A stretch of 64,000 bases of DNA, taken from contig CBDFJQ010000002.1 in the NCBI GenBank assembly GCA_965248575.1, forward strand, positions 3,808,001 to 3,872,000, given 5' to 3'. This document shows, piece by piece, positions 18,720 through 27,023 of this stretch; the first letter of the stretch is position 1, and each line of letters opens with the position of its first letter. The position numbers and the translations under genes are program-made. The notes beneath the pieces are model-generated. The model was not told where the DNA came from, searched no databases, and worked only from the letters and a program-made list of their open reading frames with translations. The stretch is from Planctomycetota bacterium (GTDB lineage Bacteria; Planctomycetota; B15-G4).

Positions 18720-19027
18720 GACGTGGCCTTCCCCTGGTAACCGTTGGACAAGGCCCCATAGGTTGCGACGCAGAATGGGACCAGATAGGTGAGAGGCAGT
18801 TTGTACCAGCTGGACGACCAGCGGAAGCTGCCGTCGAGCAACGCATCACCCTGGTTGAGGGCGACGAGCGCCGTGCCCACGACCAGTGCGATGGTGGCGG
18901 ATCTCCTAAGGAGATCCCGGTCGATGAAGCTGCACCTTGCACACTTGATGAGCTGCCCCGCCCGGCCTCGCACCGAGAACGTGCGCCGGCCGGCCAGGGG
19001 GAGATGACACGAGGGGCAGGAACGCAT
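18716..19027 (-). CDS. NrtS-family small membrane protein with N-terminal CxxC..CxxC
   Basis: ALVVGT.L.ALNQGD and LTYLVPFCVATYG; ATGA overlap with the oxidoreductase. Confidence 0.7.
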   Translation of the reverse strand: MRSCPSCHLPLAGRRTFSVRGRAGQLIKCARCSFIDRDLLRRSATIALVVGTALVALNQGDALLDGSFRWSSSWYKLPLTYLVPFCVATYGALSNGYQGKATS

Positions 19028-19035
19028 CACTGAAA

Positions 19036-19407
19036 TCAGGCGTGGTAGAAGCGCTCGTGGATGATCTTGCCGTCGAGCCAGGTGTCCACGACGCACTGCT
19101 GCATGCTGACTTCGGTGCCGTCCTTCAGCGTGAACTCCAGCACTGCCTCGTAGTAGGTGTGGTCTTCGCCGACGCCAATGGACGAAACCTTGTATCCACC
19201 GAACTTCACGACGTCGGCGAGCAGCTTGGCCTCGAGGTCCATGTTGAGCTTCTTGCCGCGCTTGGGTTCGTCATTGCCCTCCTGCAGCACCGCATCGTCG
19301 TGCAGGAACTCCTCCATGGTCTCGAGGAACTTCCCCTCGGCGAGCATGGCGAGCATGTCGTTGAGGCGCGTGCGGAGGTCGTTCTGGCTCACGGTGTTCG
19401 TTTCCAT
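19036..19407 (-). CDS. SnoaL/NTF2-like protein
   Basis: 123 aa from METNT; W.DGKIIHERFY C-terminus. Confidence 0.85.
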   Translation of the reverse strand: METNTVSQNDLRTRLNDMLAMLAEGKFLETMEEFLHDDAVLQEGNDEPKRGKKLNMDLEAKLLADVVKFGGYKVSSIGVGEDHTYYEAVLEFTLKDGTEVSMQQCVVDTWLDGKIIHERFYHA

Positions 19408-19623
19408 TGTGTGCTGCCTACAGTCGGAGGGGATGGGTTGGATGTGCGCCGTTCCACGACGTGTCGTACAGGGCGGTCGGATGCCCGTGGCTGCTCTTCG
19501 TTTCAGTGATTCCTGCCGAATCTTGGCAGCTCTCAGCTGTTCACGACGGTGCTGTAGACTCGACTCACCGTTCGCAGCCAAGCGGGAACCCGAGTCAATC
19601 CACGGCGAAAACAGGAGAAGAGC

Positions 19624-19872
19624 ATGACCAAGAGAACGAGTGTCCTCGTTGGAGTGATGTTCCTGGCGTTGGTTGTCATGGCCTTCACTCCTCAGCAATC
19701 CCCTGTGCTCGAGTACCGCTTTCAGCGGGTCGATGGGGGCGGAGACCTGCAGAGCGCGCGGGCCAAGGCCAACGAACTCTCGATCCAGGGTTGGCGTCTG
19801 ATGTCCTCGGACATCGGCTCATCCATCCAAGGTCGTCAGGAGATGATCCTGGTGTTCTCGAAGCCCAAGTGA
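19624..19872 (+). CDS. Small exported protein, DUF4177-like
   Basis: AGGAG SD; signal/TM; EYR..ANEL..QGW.L..LVF.KP pattern. Confidence 0.65.
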   Translation: MTKRTSVLVGVMFLALVVMAFTPQQSPVLEYRFQRVDGGGDLQSARAKANELSIQGWRLMSSDIGSSIQGRQEMILVFSKPK

Positions 19873-19912
19873 GCTGCGCAGGAGAGACGGATCTCTGCGT
19901 GGGAGCTTGTTG

Positions 19913-20452
19913 ATGTCGATGGATGAAAACAGCGAAGCCGCCCATCGAAACCCACAGCGGGGAGGCGCCCAGGGCGTCGCACTGCTCGTGTTCGCCTTGC
20001 TCGTTGCCTTCGGTCTCTTCCGTTGGTTGTCGGATGGCTCCGGGAGCCTCGTCGACTTGCACCAAGACCCGTCCTTCTTGGGGGGGCGCTGGGCACTGAA
20101 CGCCGTTTCAGAAGGGGAACCCCTGAATCCCAAGCGGCATCGGGCGTGGCGGGCGGTCTTCATCAAGGATGTCAGCACTTCGGATGGACTGATCCACGCT
20201 GCCATCACCATCGGCTCTGATTCGGCCGTACTGACGATGGGTTTCGCGGGGTCCAAGGAAGTTTCGACGGTGCTCCAGTTCGAGAAGCCACCCGGCCCGT
20301 CGGTCCAATCACTGCTCGATGAGGGAGGAGTCTCGATCTCGGTGCGCAGGGAGTCTTCGGGCTGGTTCACTCACGACGACGTCCTTGTCCTCGAGATCGG
20401 CGACGCTGTGCGGCTCTTGAAGTACCGCCGCGTCATCCCTCTTATCGATTAG
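19913..20452 (+). CDS. Hypothetical membrane-anchored protein (start uncertain, 19907-19919)
   Basis: Single N-terminal TM, protein-like composition. Confidence 0.5.
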   Translation: MSMDENSEAAHRNPQRGGAQGVALLVFALLVAFGLFRWLSDGSGSLVDLHQDPSFLGGRWALNAVSEGEPLNPKRHRAWRAVFIKDVSTSDGLIHAAITIGSDSAVLTMGFAGSKEVSTVLQFEKPPGPSVQSLLDEGGVSISVRRESSGWFTHDDVLVLEIGDAVRLLKYRRVIPLID

Positions 20453-20499
20453 AGGTTGGGTCTGACGGTTAAGCAGAGGCCACTGCCGCCCCAGCCCTC

Positions 20500-21291
20500 T
20501 CAGCAGGGCTCCCCTTTCATCTGCATCAAGGAGAAGCAGCCGCCCTGGGGGTCGGCCAGCACGCTGAAGATGCCGACGGGGATCTCCGTGGGCGGCACGC
20601 GAACGCTGCCTCCCGTGGCGGCCACCTTCTCGGTGACGGCTGCACAGTCGTCCACGTCGAAGTAGACCATCCAGTGCTCCGGCACGCCTTCGAACTGTTC
20701 GCCGTCCATGCCCATCATGCCGGCGGCCTGTTCGCCGTGGGCCTTGATCAGCGTGTAGGTCATGCCGTCCATAGGCATGTCGTCGTACTCCCAGCCGAAG
20801 AGTTGGCTGTAGAACTCGCGGGAGCTGGCGACGTCGCGACACATGAGTTCGTTCCAGGACAGCCCGCCGTGTTCGGCGACGTGCAGGCCGGGGTCGTCGC
20901 CAACGGCTTGCCACAGCGCGAGGGACGCGCCCCCCGGGTCCATGAAGAAGCACAGCTTGCCGTGGCCGGGGACCTCCATGGTGGGCACGGTGATGGTGGC
21001 GCCCAACTCGACGGCCTTCTTCTCAGCGGCCGCGCAGTCGTCCACCTTCACGTAGCTGTTCCACATGGGCGGGATGCCCGCCTCGATCATCTCGTCGTTG
21101 AGCTGGCCGCCGGCCGCAGCCGGTGCCTTGCCCTTGAGGAAGAAGGCATAGGGCGGGGCGCCCGGGGCCGTCTGATCCACCACGGTCCACCCGAAGAGAT
21201 CCGCGTACCAGGTGCTGGCGGCCGCCAGGTCGTGGGCAGCCAGATCGATCCAGCAGAACTGTCCGGTCTTGAAGTCGTTGCGGATGGGCAT
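20500..21291 (-). CDS. VOC/glyoxalase family protein, two domains
   Basis: GQFCWIDL, FYSQLFGW, W..YF.VDD, DPQGG motifs in both halves. Confidence 0.9.
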   Translation of the reverse strand: MPIRNDFKTGQFCWIDLAAHDLAAASTWYADLFGWTVVDQTAPGAPPYAFFLKGKAPAAAGGQLNDEMIEAGIPPMWNSYVKVDDCAAAEKKAVELGATITVPTMEVPGHGKLCFFMDPGGASLALWQAVGDDPGLHVAEHGGLSWNELMCRDVASSREFYSQLFGWEYDDMPMDGMTYTLIKAHGEQAAGMMGMDGEQFEGVPEHWMVYFDVDDCAAVTEKVAATGGSVRVPPTEIPVGIFSVLADPQGGCFSLMQMKGEPC

Positions 21292-21705
21292 CGTGAGTCT
21301 CCGGGAAGCCGTGGGTGCGGATGATATCACTGGGTCGGGGGCCACGGGCAGTGCTCTGGCGTTGCGCCCTGCAGGCCGTTGAACGGCCATCTTCGACGCG
21401 TCGGGTATGGCGCTGGTCTGGGGGACGGACACCTTCGTGGCCGATGCGAACCCCAACCCCAAGCTGACCCAAGCAGGCTGGGTGATCGAGCTGCAGTTGG
21501 TGGCCGCCGAAAGCCCGTCACGGGCCACATTAGTTGGAACGACAAGATCCGATGGATCGTCGTGAACAGACCCTAGGCGCTGTTCCAGGTCGGGACTGTT
21601 CGTTCCCAACGCAGTCCGCTCGATGTGTCTTGCACGGCGTCCTCCAACTGCCGCATCATCGCTGTTCGGTCATGGGTGCATCGGCGTCTCGGGGAGAGTG
21701 GAGCC

Positions 21706-23022
21706 ATGAGTTCCGTTGGTCGTATGAAGCCGTCGGTGGACTCGTTGCCCGACGGGCAGGGACCTCTTCTCAGGCAACTTCGCGAAGAGGCGATCGAGCT
21801 CAAGGACTGCTTCACCCGGTTCTCCTTCCAGGCGACGGGTTTCTGCATCCTCTACATCGGCGTGCTTGCACGCGTGCAGGGTCAGGCTCATTGGCTGGGG
21901 GTGTGTTCCCTTCCCTTGCTGCTGATCCTTCGCATCGTGACGCGCGTCGGGGTCCACAAGTATGGGTCGGCCAATCGCAACCTGGGGTACGAGTTGCATC
22001 TCTACCGGACCCTGGATGCACCCGAGCACCGGGAAGGTTGGCATGATGCCTATCGGGAGATCGGGTGGGAACAAGCCATGCGCGCATGGAGGGTGATCCA
22101 GGCCACCGTCTTCGAATACCTCGGGCTCCACAAACCTGCCCGCTCCTTTGCTGGAGCTTTGGACGCAGGCGTCCCCCTACCTGCCGAGCGATGGTACGAG
22201 CCCAAATCACTGGTCGAGGAAGGCACCACTTACTATGCGGGATCGTTTCTGCGCAAGGTGGTCAAGAGCCTGCACTTCCTGATGTACCTGTCGTTGGTTC
22301 CCTTCGTGTTCTCCGTGGGCTCAGCCACCAACTCGTTCTTCACGACAAGCAATCCCAGCACGCTTCAGTTTGTGCTCATGATGGTGGGCGTCGTAGGGCT
22401 GTTGATGGTGATCTTCTATGTCAACGCCGTACGGCAGGACGACATGCGTCGCGTGGATATGTTGGAGGGGGGGCTGTTGTCCATCCATTCCTGCGCGATC
22501 ATGTGGCAAGCGGTGGTCGTTGGTCACTACCGTGCGCTCGAAAGCGCGCTGACTGTCAACGGGGGTAAATCACCACGAGGGTACACCCGCTTCTTGTCCG
22601 AGCAGGCTCTCGGCGTTCGCTCGCGGATTCACGACATCTACGATTGGATCGACGGTTCTCGAAGTCGCAACATGCCGAGAATTCGCAAGAGCCTCGCTGC
22701 GGAGGTTGAGTTGGAGGATGGCGGGCGGGTGGTGCCGGGCAAGCTGTTCGACTACTCCTTCGACGGCAGTGGGGTCGGGTTCATCCCCTCAGAGGTCCTC
22801 GACCTCGACGGTCTTCCCGAATCAGGTTCGAGCATCACCCTGCGCATTGGTGAGCTGGACACGCCCGGCAGGTTGGTGCTTCCGGTGTTGCCTCATATCG
22901 ATCCGTCGGACGGAATGACGGCGGACCTCCCGCGCGTGTCCCGCTTGGGAGTGCGCATCGGGGATGTCGAGAGGCGGCTCAAGTTGCGGGAGCTCCTCGG
23001 TGGCGGAGCTCAGGTGAACTGA
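21706..23022 (+). CDS. 4-TM membrane protein with C-terminal PilZ-like domain
   Basis: GGAG SD; two TM hairpins; RNMPR (RxxxR) and DYSFDG (DxSxxG). Confidence 0.6.
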   Translation: MSSVGRMKPSVDSLPDGQGPLLRQLREEAIELKDCFTRFSFQATGFCILYIGVLARVQGQAHWLGVCSLPLLLILRIVTRVGVHKYGSANRNLGYELHLYRTLDAPEHREGWHDAYREIGWEQAMRAWRVIQATVFEYLGLHKPARSFAGALDAGVPLPAERWYEPKSLVEEGTTYYAGSFLRKVVKSLHFLMYLSLVPFVFSVGSATNSFFTTSNPSTLQFVLMMVGVVGLLMVIFYVNAVRQDDMRRVDMLEGGLLSIHSCAIMWQAVVVGHYRALESALTVNGGKSPRGYTRFLSEQALGVRSRIHDIYDWIDGSRSRNMPRIRKSLAAEVELEDGGRVVPGKLFDYSFDGSGVGFIPSEVLDLDGLPESGSSITLRIGELDTPGRLVLPVLPHIDPSDGMTADLPRVSRLGVRIGDVERRLKLRELLGGGAQVN

Positions 23023-23151
23023 GTGACCACTGGGATGGCGTGCCTCGACCTTGAGCAGCCACCGCAAGCACTCATGAGGAACGGACGACGAAGAGCAGTT
23101 GGATGGAGCCCAGGTTTCCGTCACCGGTTCCTCCGCTGGTAGGATTTCTTG

Positions 23152-24132
23152 ATGTCGCAAACACTGCTCGTCGGGACGTGGGCTGACGGTGTCCATGTGC
23201 TGGCCGATGGATCCCAAGGCCAGGAACTCGTCGGCCAATCCGTGCGCGGGCTGGCGCGGGATGAACAGGGGCGTGTGGTGGCCCTTGTCGGTGGGCACAG
23301 CATCTGTAGTCGCCCTGGAGATGAGGGCGTCTCGCCACCCGGTGAGAATCGTTGGGTGACCCTCGCCAGCTGCGAGTGGGACCTGGCCTGTTGCTCTCCG
23401 ATGCAAGGCGCACTGCTCATTGGTACGGACAGCGAAGCCGCTTTGCTTCGCCTCGACCAGAGCGGCTGCGTTTCCCGGCTGGATGGCTTCGATGCCGTGC
23501 AGGGGCGCTCGTCCTGGTATGCGGGGCAGGCTGTGATCGACGGTCAGGTCGTGGGACCGCCCCTGGGCGTTCGGTCCATGGCGTGCAGTGCCGATGGGAG
23601 CGTGACGCTGGCAGCTGTTCACGTCGGTGGAGCGCCTCGCTCCCTCGACGGTGGCATGACGTGGCACCCAAGCTTCGACGTCGACTGGGATGTGCACGAA
23701 GTGGCCGCTCACTCCATTCGTCAAGGCCTGTTCGCCGCCGCAACAGCTGTGGGTCTGGCCATCAGCTGGGACGCCGGCAAAAGCTGGACGCTCCAGACGA
23801 ACGGCTTGCACGCGACCTATTGTTCCGCCGTGGCTTTCGCGGGTGATGAGATCCTCGTCGCCGCCTCCGACCACCACTTTTCGGCGCAAGGTACTGTCTA
23901 CCGCTGCGACTTGGAGAGTGCGGAGCGCGGCGACGCCCAGCTGACGCGCGTCGACGCGGGATTGCCTCACTGGCTAGGGGGCATCGTGGACACGGCTTGC
24001 CTGGCAACACGACGGGAGACGGTCGCTTTGGTGGACAAGTCCGGCCAACTCTTCGTGTCCGAGGATTCCGGAGGTCTGTGGGAACTGCGCGCGGAAGGGC
24101 TCTCGGGGAGCAGCAGCCTGCTGATTCTCTAA
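23152..24132 (+). CDS. BNR/WD40-like beta-propeller protein
   Basis: RSLDGGMTW, SWDAGKSW, SEDSGGLW Asp-box repeats. Confidence 0.8.
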   Translation: MSQTLLVGTWADGVHVLADGSQGQELVGQSVRGLARDEQGRVVALVGGHSICSRPGDEGVSPPGENRWVTLASCEWDLACCSPMQGALLIGTDSEAALLRLDQSGCVSRLDGFDAVQGRSSWYAGQAVIDGQVVGPPLGVRSMACSADGSVTLAAVHVGGAPRSLDGGMTWHPSFDVDWDVHEVAAHSIRQGLFAAATAVGLAISWDAGKSWTLQTNGLHATYCSAVAFAGDEILVAASDHHFSAQGTVYRCDLESAERGDAQLTRVDAGLPHWLGGIVDTACLATRRETVALVDKSGQLFVSEDSGGLWELRAEGLSGSSSLLIL

Positions 24133-24154
24133 CTACCGGCGCGACACTTGCCCC

Positions 24155-24754
24155 TCAACGCGTCGGTTGCTTGTCGATCTCGAAGGCGATGCGGATCTTG
24201 CCCCACTGCATGGACGCCATGGTCGACCAGGCCTCGCAGTTGTTGAAGGCGTAGGTCAAGAACTCGGTCTTGGGCGCGCGCTGGGGGGCCACCTTGAAGC
24301 GCAGCAGGTCGTGCTCGGCGTCGTAGTCCCTGCCGCTGCCGGCCTGGTTGAGTTGCTTGTTGAGGACCACGGTCCAGAACTTGTCGCCTGGAATCATGAA
24401 GAGGGCGTACTTGCCCTTGGGAACGTCGAGGCCCTCGATGCGCACGTCGGCGGAGGCCTCGAAGGTCGTCACTTCGTTGGCGCCTGCACGCCAGGGGTAG
24501 GGCTCCCCATTGCGCGGCACGGTCGGCCCACCGTGTGCGTTCTTGGCAGTCCAGACGTCGCGATCGCGCAGGGCCGGCCGGTGGTAGGCGAACTGGACCC
24601 AGGTGTCGATGCCGAGCACCTGGGCGACCACGGCGCCTTGGCTTGCGTCGGGCTGGGTCTTCTTTCGCGGCCAGGGGTTTGGCGTGTCGAGCACGAAGGG
24701 GGTGGCGATGGCCAGGGCGAGCAGGGTGCGAACAAGTGCGATGCGAGGTGTCAT
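24155..24754 (-). CDS. DUF2911 family protein
   Basis: YHRP..R, PWRAGANE.T.F, G.YALF.IP..W. Confidence 0.85.
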   Translation of the reverse strand: MTPRIALVRTLLALAIATPFVLDTPNPWPRKKTQPDASQGAVVAQVLGIDTWVQFAYHRPALRDRDVWTAKNAHGGPTVPRNGEPYPWRAGANEVTTFEASADVRIEGLDVPKGKYALFMIPGDKFWTVVLNKQLNQAGSGRDYDAEHDLLRFKVAPQRAPKTEFLTYAFNNCEAWSTMASMQWGKIRIAFEIDKQPTR

Positions 24755-24871
24755 GACAGGAAGTCAGCAGGGAGGAGGAGCCCGGAAGAGCGAGTGAGGA
24801 TTGTGCGACTGGCCCCGGCCTTCAATCAACCGGCGGCCAGGGTGGAGTCCTCCGGGGAGGCAAAGCGACCA

Positions 24872-25726
24872 TCAACCAGCCGTGAAGCAATCCGAGAGAG
24901 CGTGCTGCTCCGCGCGGTACTGGGTCGCTGAGAGCCCGGCGAGTTGGCGGAAATCCCGTGCGAGGTGCGCCTGGTCGGCGTAGCCCGCCTCCAGGGCGAG
25001 TTGAGCCAGGGGCGGAGCGACGAGCCCCGCGTCGGGCTTCTGCAACTCCGACGACGCAGGCCCGAGCCGTTGCACCACGTGCTGAAACCGCTCGATGCGG
25101 CACAGGGCCTTGGCGGAGAGGCCGACACGCGCTGCGAATTGTCGTTCGAGCCGACGCGGGCTCCAACTCAGCCGCTGCGAGAGTTCGCGCACCGGGAGCA
25201 CGCCGCGCGCTTCCGTGATCCACTGCACGGCCTGCCGAAGAGCGTGCGAGGTGTCGTCGAGCGATTGGATCCGCGCGTAGAGCGCATTGCAAAGAAGCGC
25301 GAAGCGAGTTGTGTCGTCGGCCGCTTCAGCGATGCGCTCTTCGAGCTGGCGCGCTTCGCGACCCCAGAGCGCGTCGAGGGGTACGATCTGGGAGGTGAGG
25401 CCAGCAAGTGCCTCACCCAAGAAAGGCGCGGCAGCCCAGGGCTCGAAGCGAGCGGCCACCATACCGGTCGGTCCCGTGGAGATCAGATGGGTGGCGCTGC
25501 GCATCTGGCCTGCCACGACCGACCGGCCCTGGCGTTCGTAGGATCCATCGTCCAACTGGCGCAGCATGAGCGCGCCGTAGTGCACCACGATTTCGACGGT
25601 GCCGTCGGGCAAGATCCGCTCGGGTTCCTGGTCCTGCTGCTGATCAGGCCCCTCATGTTCGAGCAACCACAGGCAACGCAGATGCGGGGCCAGGGCAGGT
25701 GGTGGGGAGACCTCGCGATAGCGCAT
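24872..25726 (-). CDS. AraC family transcriptional regulator (DUF6597-type N-terminus)
   Basis: ILPDG, RRLERQF..VGLS.K, GYADQAHL.RDF. Confidence 0.92.
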   Translation of the reverse strand: MRYREVSPPPALAPHLRCLWLLEHEGPDQQQDQEPERILPDGTVEIVVHYGALMLRQLDDGSYERQGRSVVAGQMRSATHLISTGPTGMVAARFEPWAAAPFLGEALAGLTSQIVPLDALWGREARQLEERIAEAADDTTRFALLCNALYARIQSLDDTSHALRQAVQWITEARGVLPVRELSQRLSWSPRRLERQFAARVGLSAKALCRIERFQHVVQRLGPASSELQKPDAGLVAPPLAQLALEAGYADQAHLARDFRQLAGLSATQYRAEQHALSDCFTAG

Positions 25727-25750
25727 CTCACGAGCATAGCGCGTCCCGTC

Positions 25751-26302
25751 TCAGACGTCCTGCTTGGTGAACTCCAGCAGGAAGCGAGCGTCCTGGCCGC
25801 CCATGTCGCCTTGCAGGACGATCTCCAGCGTCTTCTTGCCCATGCGCTGGTAGACGAAGCTCTTCGGGAAGTCGTGGTCCGGGTTTTCGAAGACGGCCAG
25901 CTGCTGCTCGGCGTCGAAGTTCGTGAGGGTGAACTCCACGCTGCGCGTGCCAAAGGGGTAGGGCGTCATGCGCAGCTTGCCGTCGCGCGAGTAGAAGTGC
26001 TCGAAGTCCATCATGACGACCTTGCCGTCGCGCATCTCCTTGCTGGCACCGACGATCTGGCCACCCGCGCCGGTGGTGTAGCTGCTCTCCCAATCACTCT
26101 GTCCATCGCTGCCGGCCCAGACACCTGCGAGGAAGTCGAGGTCGGCCATGCGCACCTCCATGTCGAGGCGCTCGCCCTCTGGTTCTTGCACCACGGGGAG
26201 ACCTTCGTCCTGCGCACTCGCGTGCACGGGTACAGGTTCCGCCGCAGTCCAAGCCACGCTGGCCAGGGCCAAGGCCGAGATGCAAAGGATGGGTGTCTTC
26301 AT
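25751..26302 (-). CDS. DUF6265-like exported protein
   Basis: Signal peptide; LDFLAG.W.G and FENPDHDFPK...Y. Confidence 0.8.
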   Translation of the reverse strand: MKTPILCISALALASVAWTAAEPVPVHASAQDEGLPVVQEPEGERLDMEVRMADLDFLAGVWAGSDGQSDWESSYTTGAGGQIVGASKEMRDGKVVMMDFEHFYSRDGKLRMTPYPFGTRSVEFTLTNFDAEQQLAVFENPDHDFPKSFVYQRMGKKTLEIVLQGDMGGQDARFLLEFTKQDV

Positions 26303-26414
26303 GGCGGGCTCCGCAGACGGGTGTCGGTCCTCGCCCGGGCGTACGCCGAACGAACCCACAGCATGGGAGAACGACTTCCCACCGTCTTGAAGAATTACGA
26401 CAGCCCACGACGGA

Positions 26415-27008
26415 CTAGAGTTCGGTCCAACTGGTCGGGCGGAAGAGGATGTGTTCCTCACCCCAGGAAACACTGGACGCCTTGAGGGTGATGGGCGTGT
26501 CCACGGGCGGATTCTGGCCCTGCTCGGCGCTCCGCTGCAGATGGAGTTTCTGCTTTGTCCCCTGCACCTCGATAACCAAGCCGGCCTGCTCACAGCTCGC
26601 GCAGGATTCGTCCAGCACTGTGCCCTGGAGGCGTATGTCGACCTGGGTCACGACGTAGTCCGCGCGTCGGGCGGCCGCTTGGATCGCCTGCATGTCGAGC
26701 CGCATCGGCTGGGTGTAGGCGTAGTGCGCCAGGCCCAGGATCGTGTCGAGGTCGACGGAGTCGGCGTCTAACTGACGCCGCAAGGCCTGGTCGAGACCAA
26801 AGGCCTTGTCGTTTCATATTCAGCTGTCGAAGTGAAGGGACACCACCATGGGGGCAGCGTCGAAGGAGACCGTGTTGCTGAGCGTGGCGCAGTTGCTGAG
26901 CGAGGCGAGCAGTGCCAGTAGCGGAACCACCGCCCAGGCTCTCGTCCAGGCCACAGTCGAGGCCCAGTTCGCCAGGCCCCGAGATCTCGGGGACGTGTGC
27001 GTTGCCAT
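26415..27008 (-). CDS. Candidate selenoprotein: exported HMA-like metal-binding protein with two in-frame TGA codons (U63-I-U65)
   Basis: AGGAG SD + ATG 27008; ORFs 26820-27008 and 26415-26783 share one frame, joined by TGA ATA TGA AAC GAC AAG GCC TTT GGT..; final stop TAG; HMA-like pattern; extra CASC motif. Confidence 0.65.
26781..26808 (-). promoter_or_regulatory. SECIS-like stem-loop
   Basis: CAAGGCC-TT-TGGT-CTCG-ACCA-GGCCTTG: 7-bp plus 4-bp stem with a UU bulge, starting 11 nt after the first UGA and 5 nt after the second. Confidence 0.55.
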
Positions 27009-27023
27009 GAGAACTGCTCCTGT

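Noticed and set aside
26590..26817. 75-aa ORF starting at the ATG inside TGAATATGA
   Set aside because: Arg/Pro-rich off-frame product with no SD; the HMA-like frame is the other one
26814..26822. Genome-wide TGA recoding (code 4/25) as the explanation of the in-frame TGAs
   Set aside because: Many conserved genes here end at TGA at their expected C-termini, including ATGA overlaps
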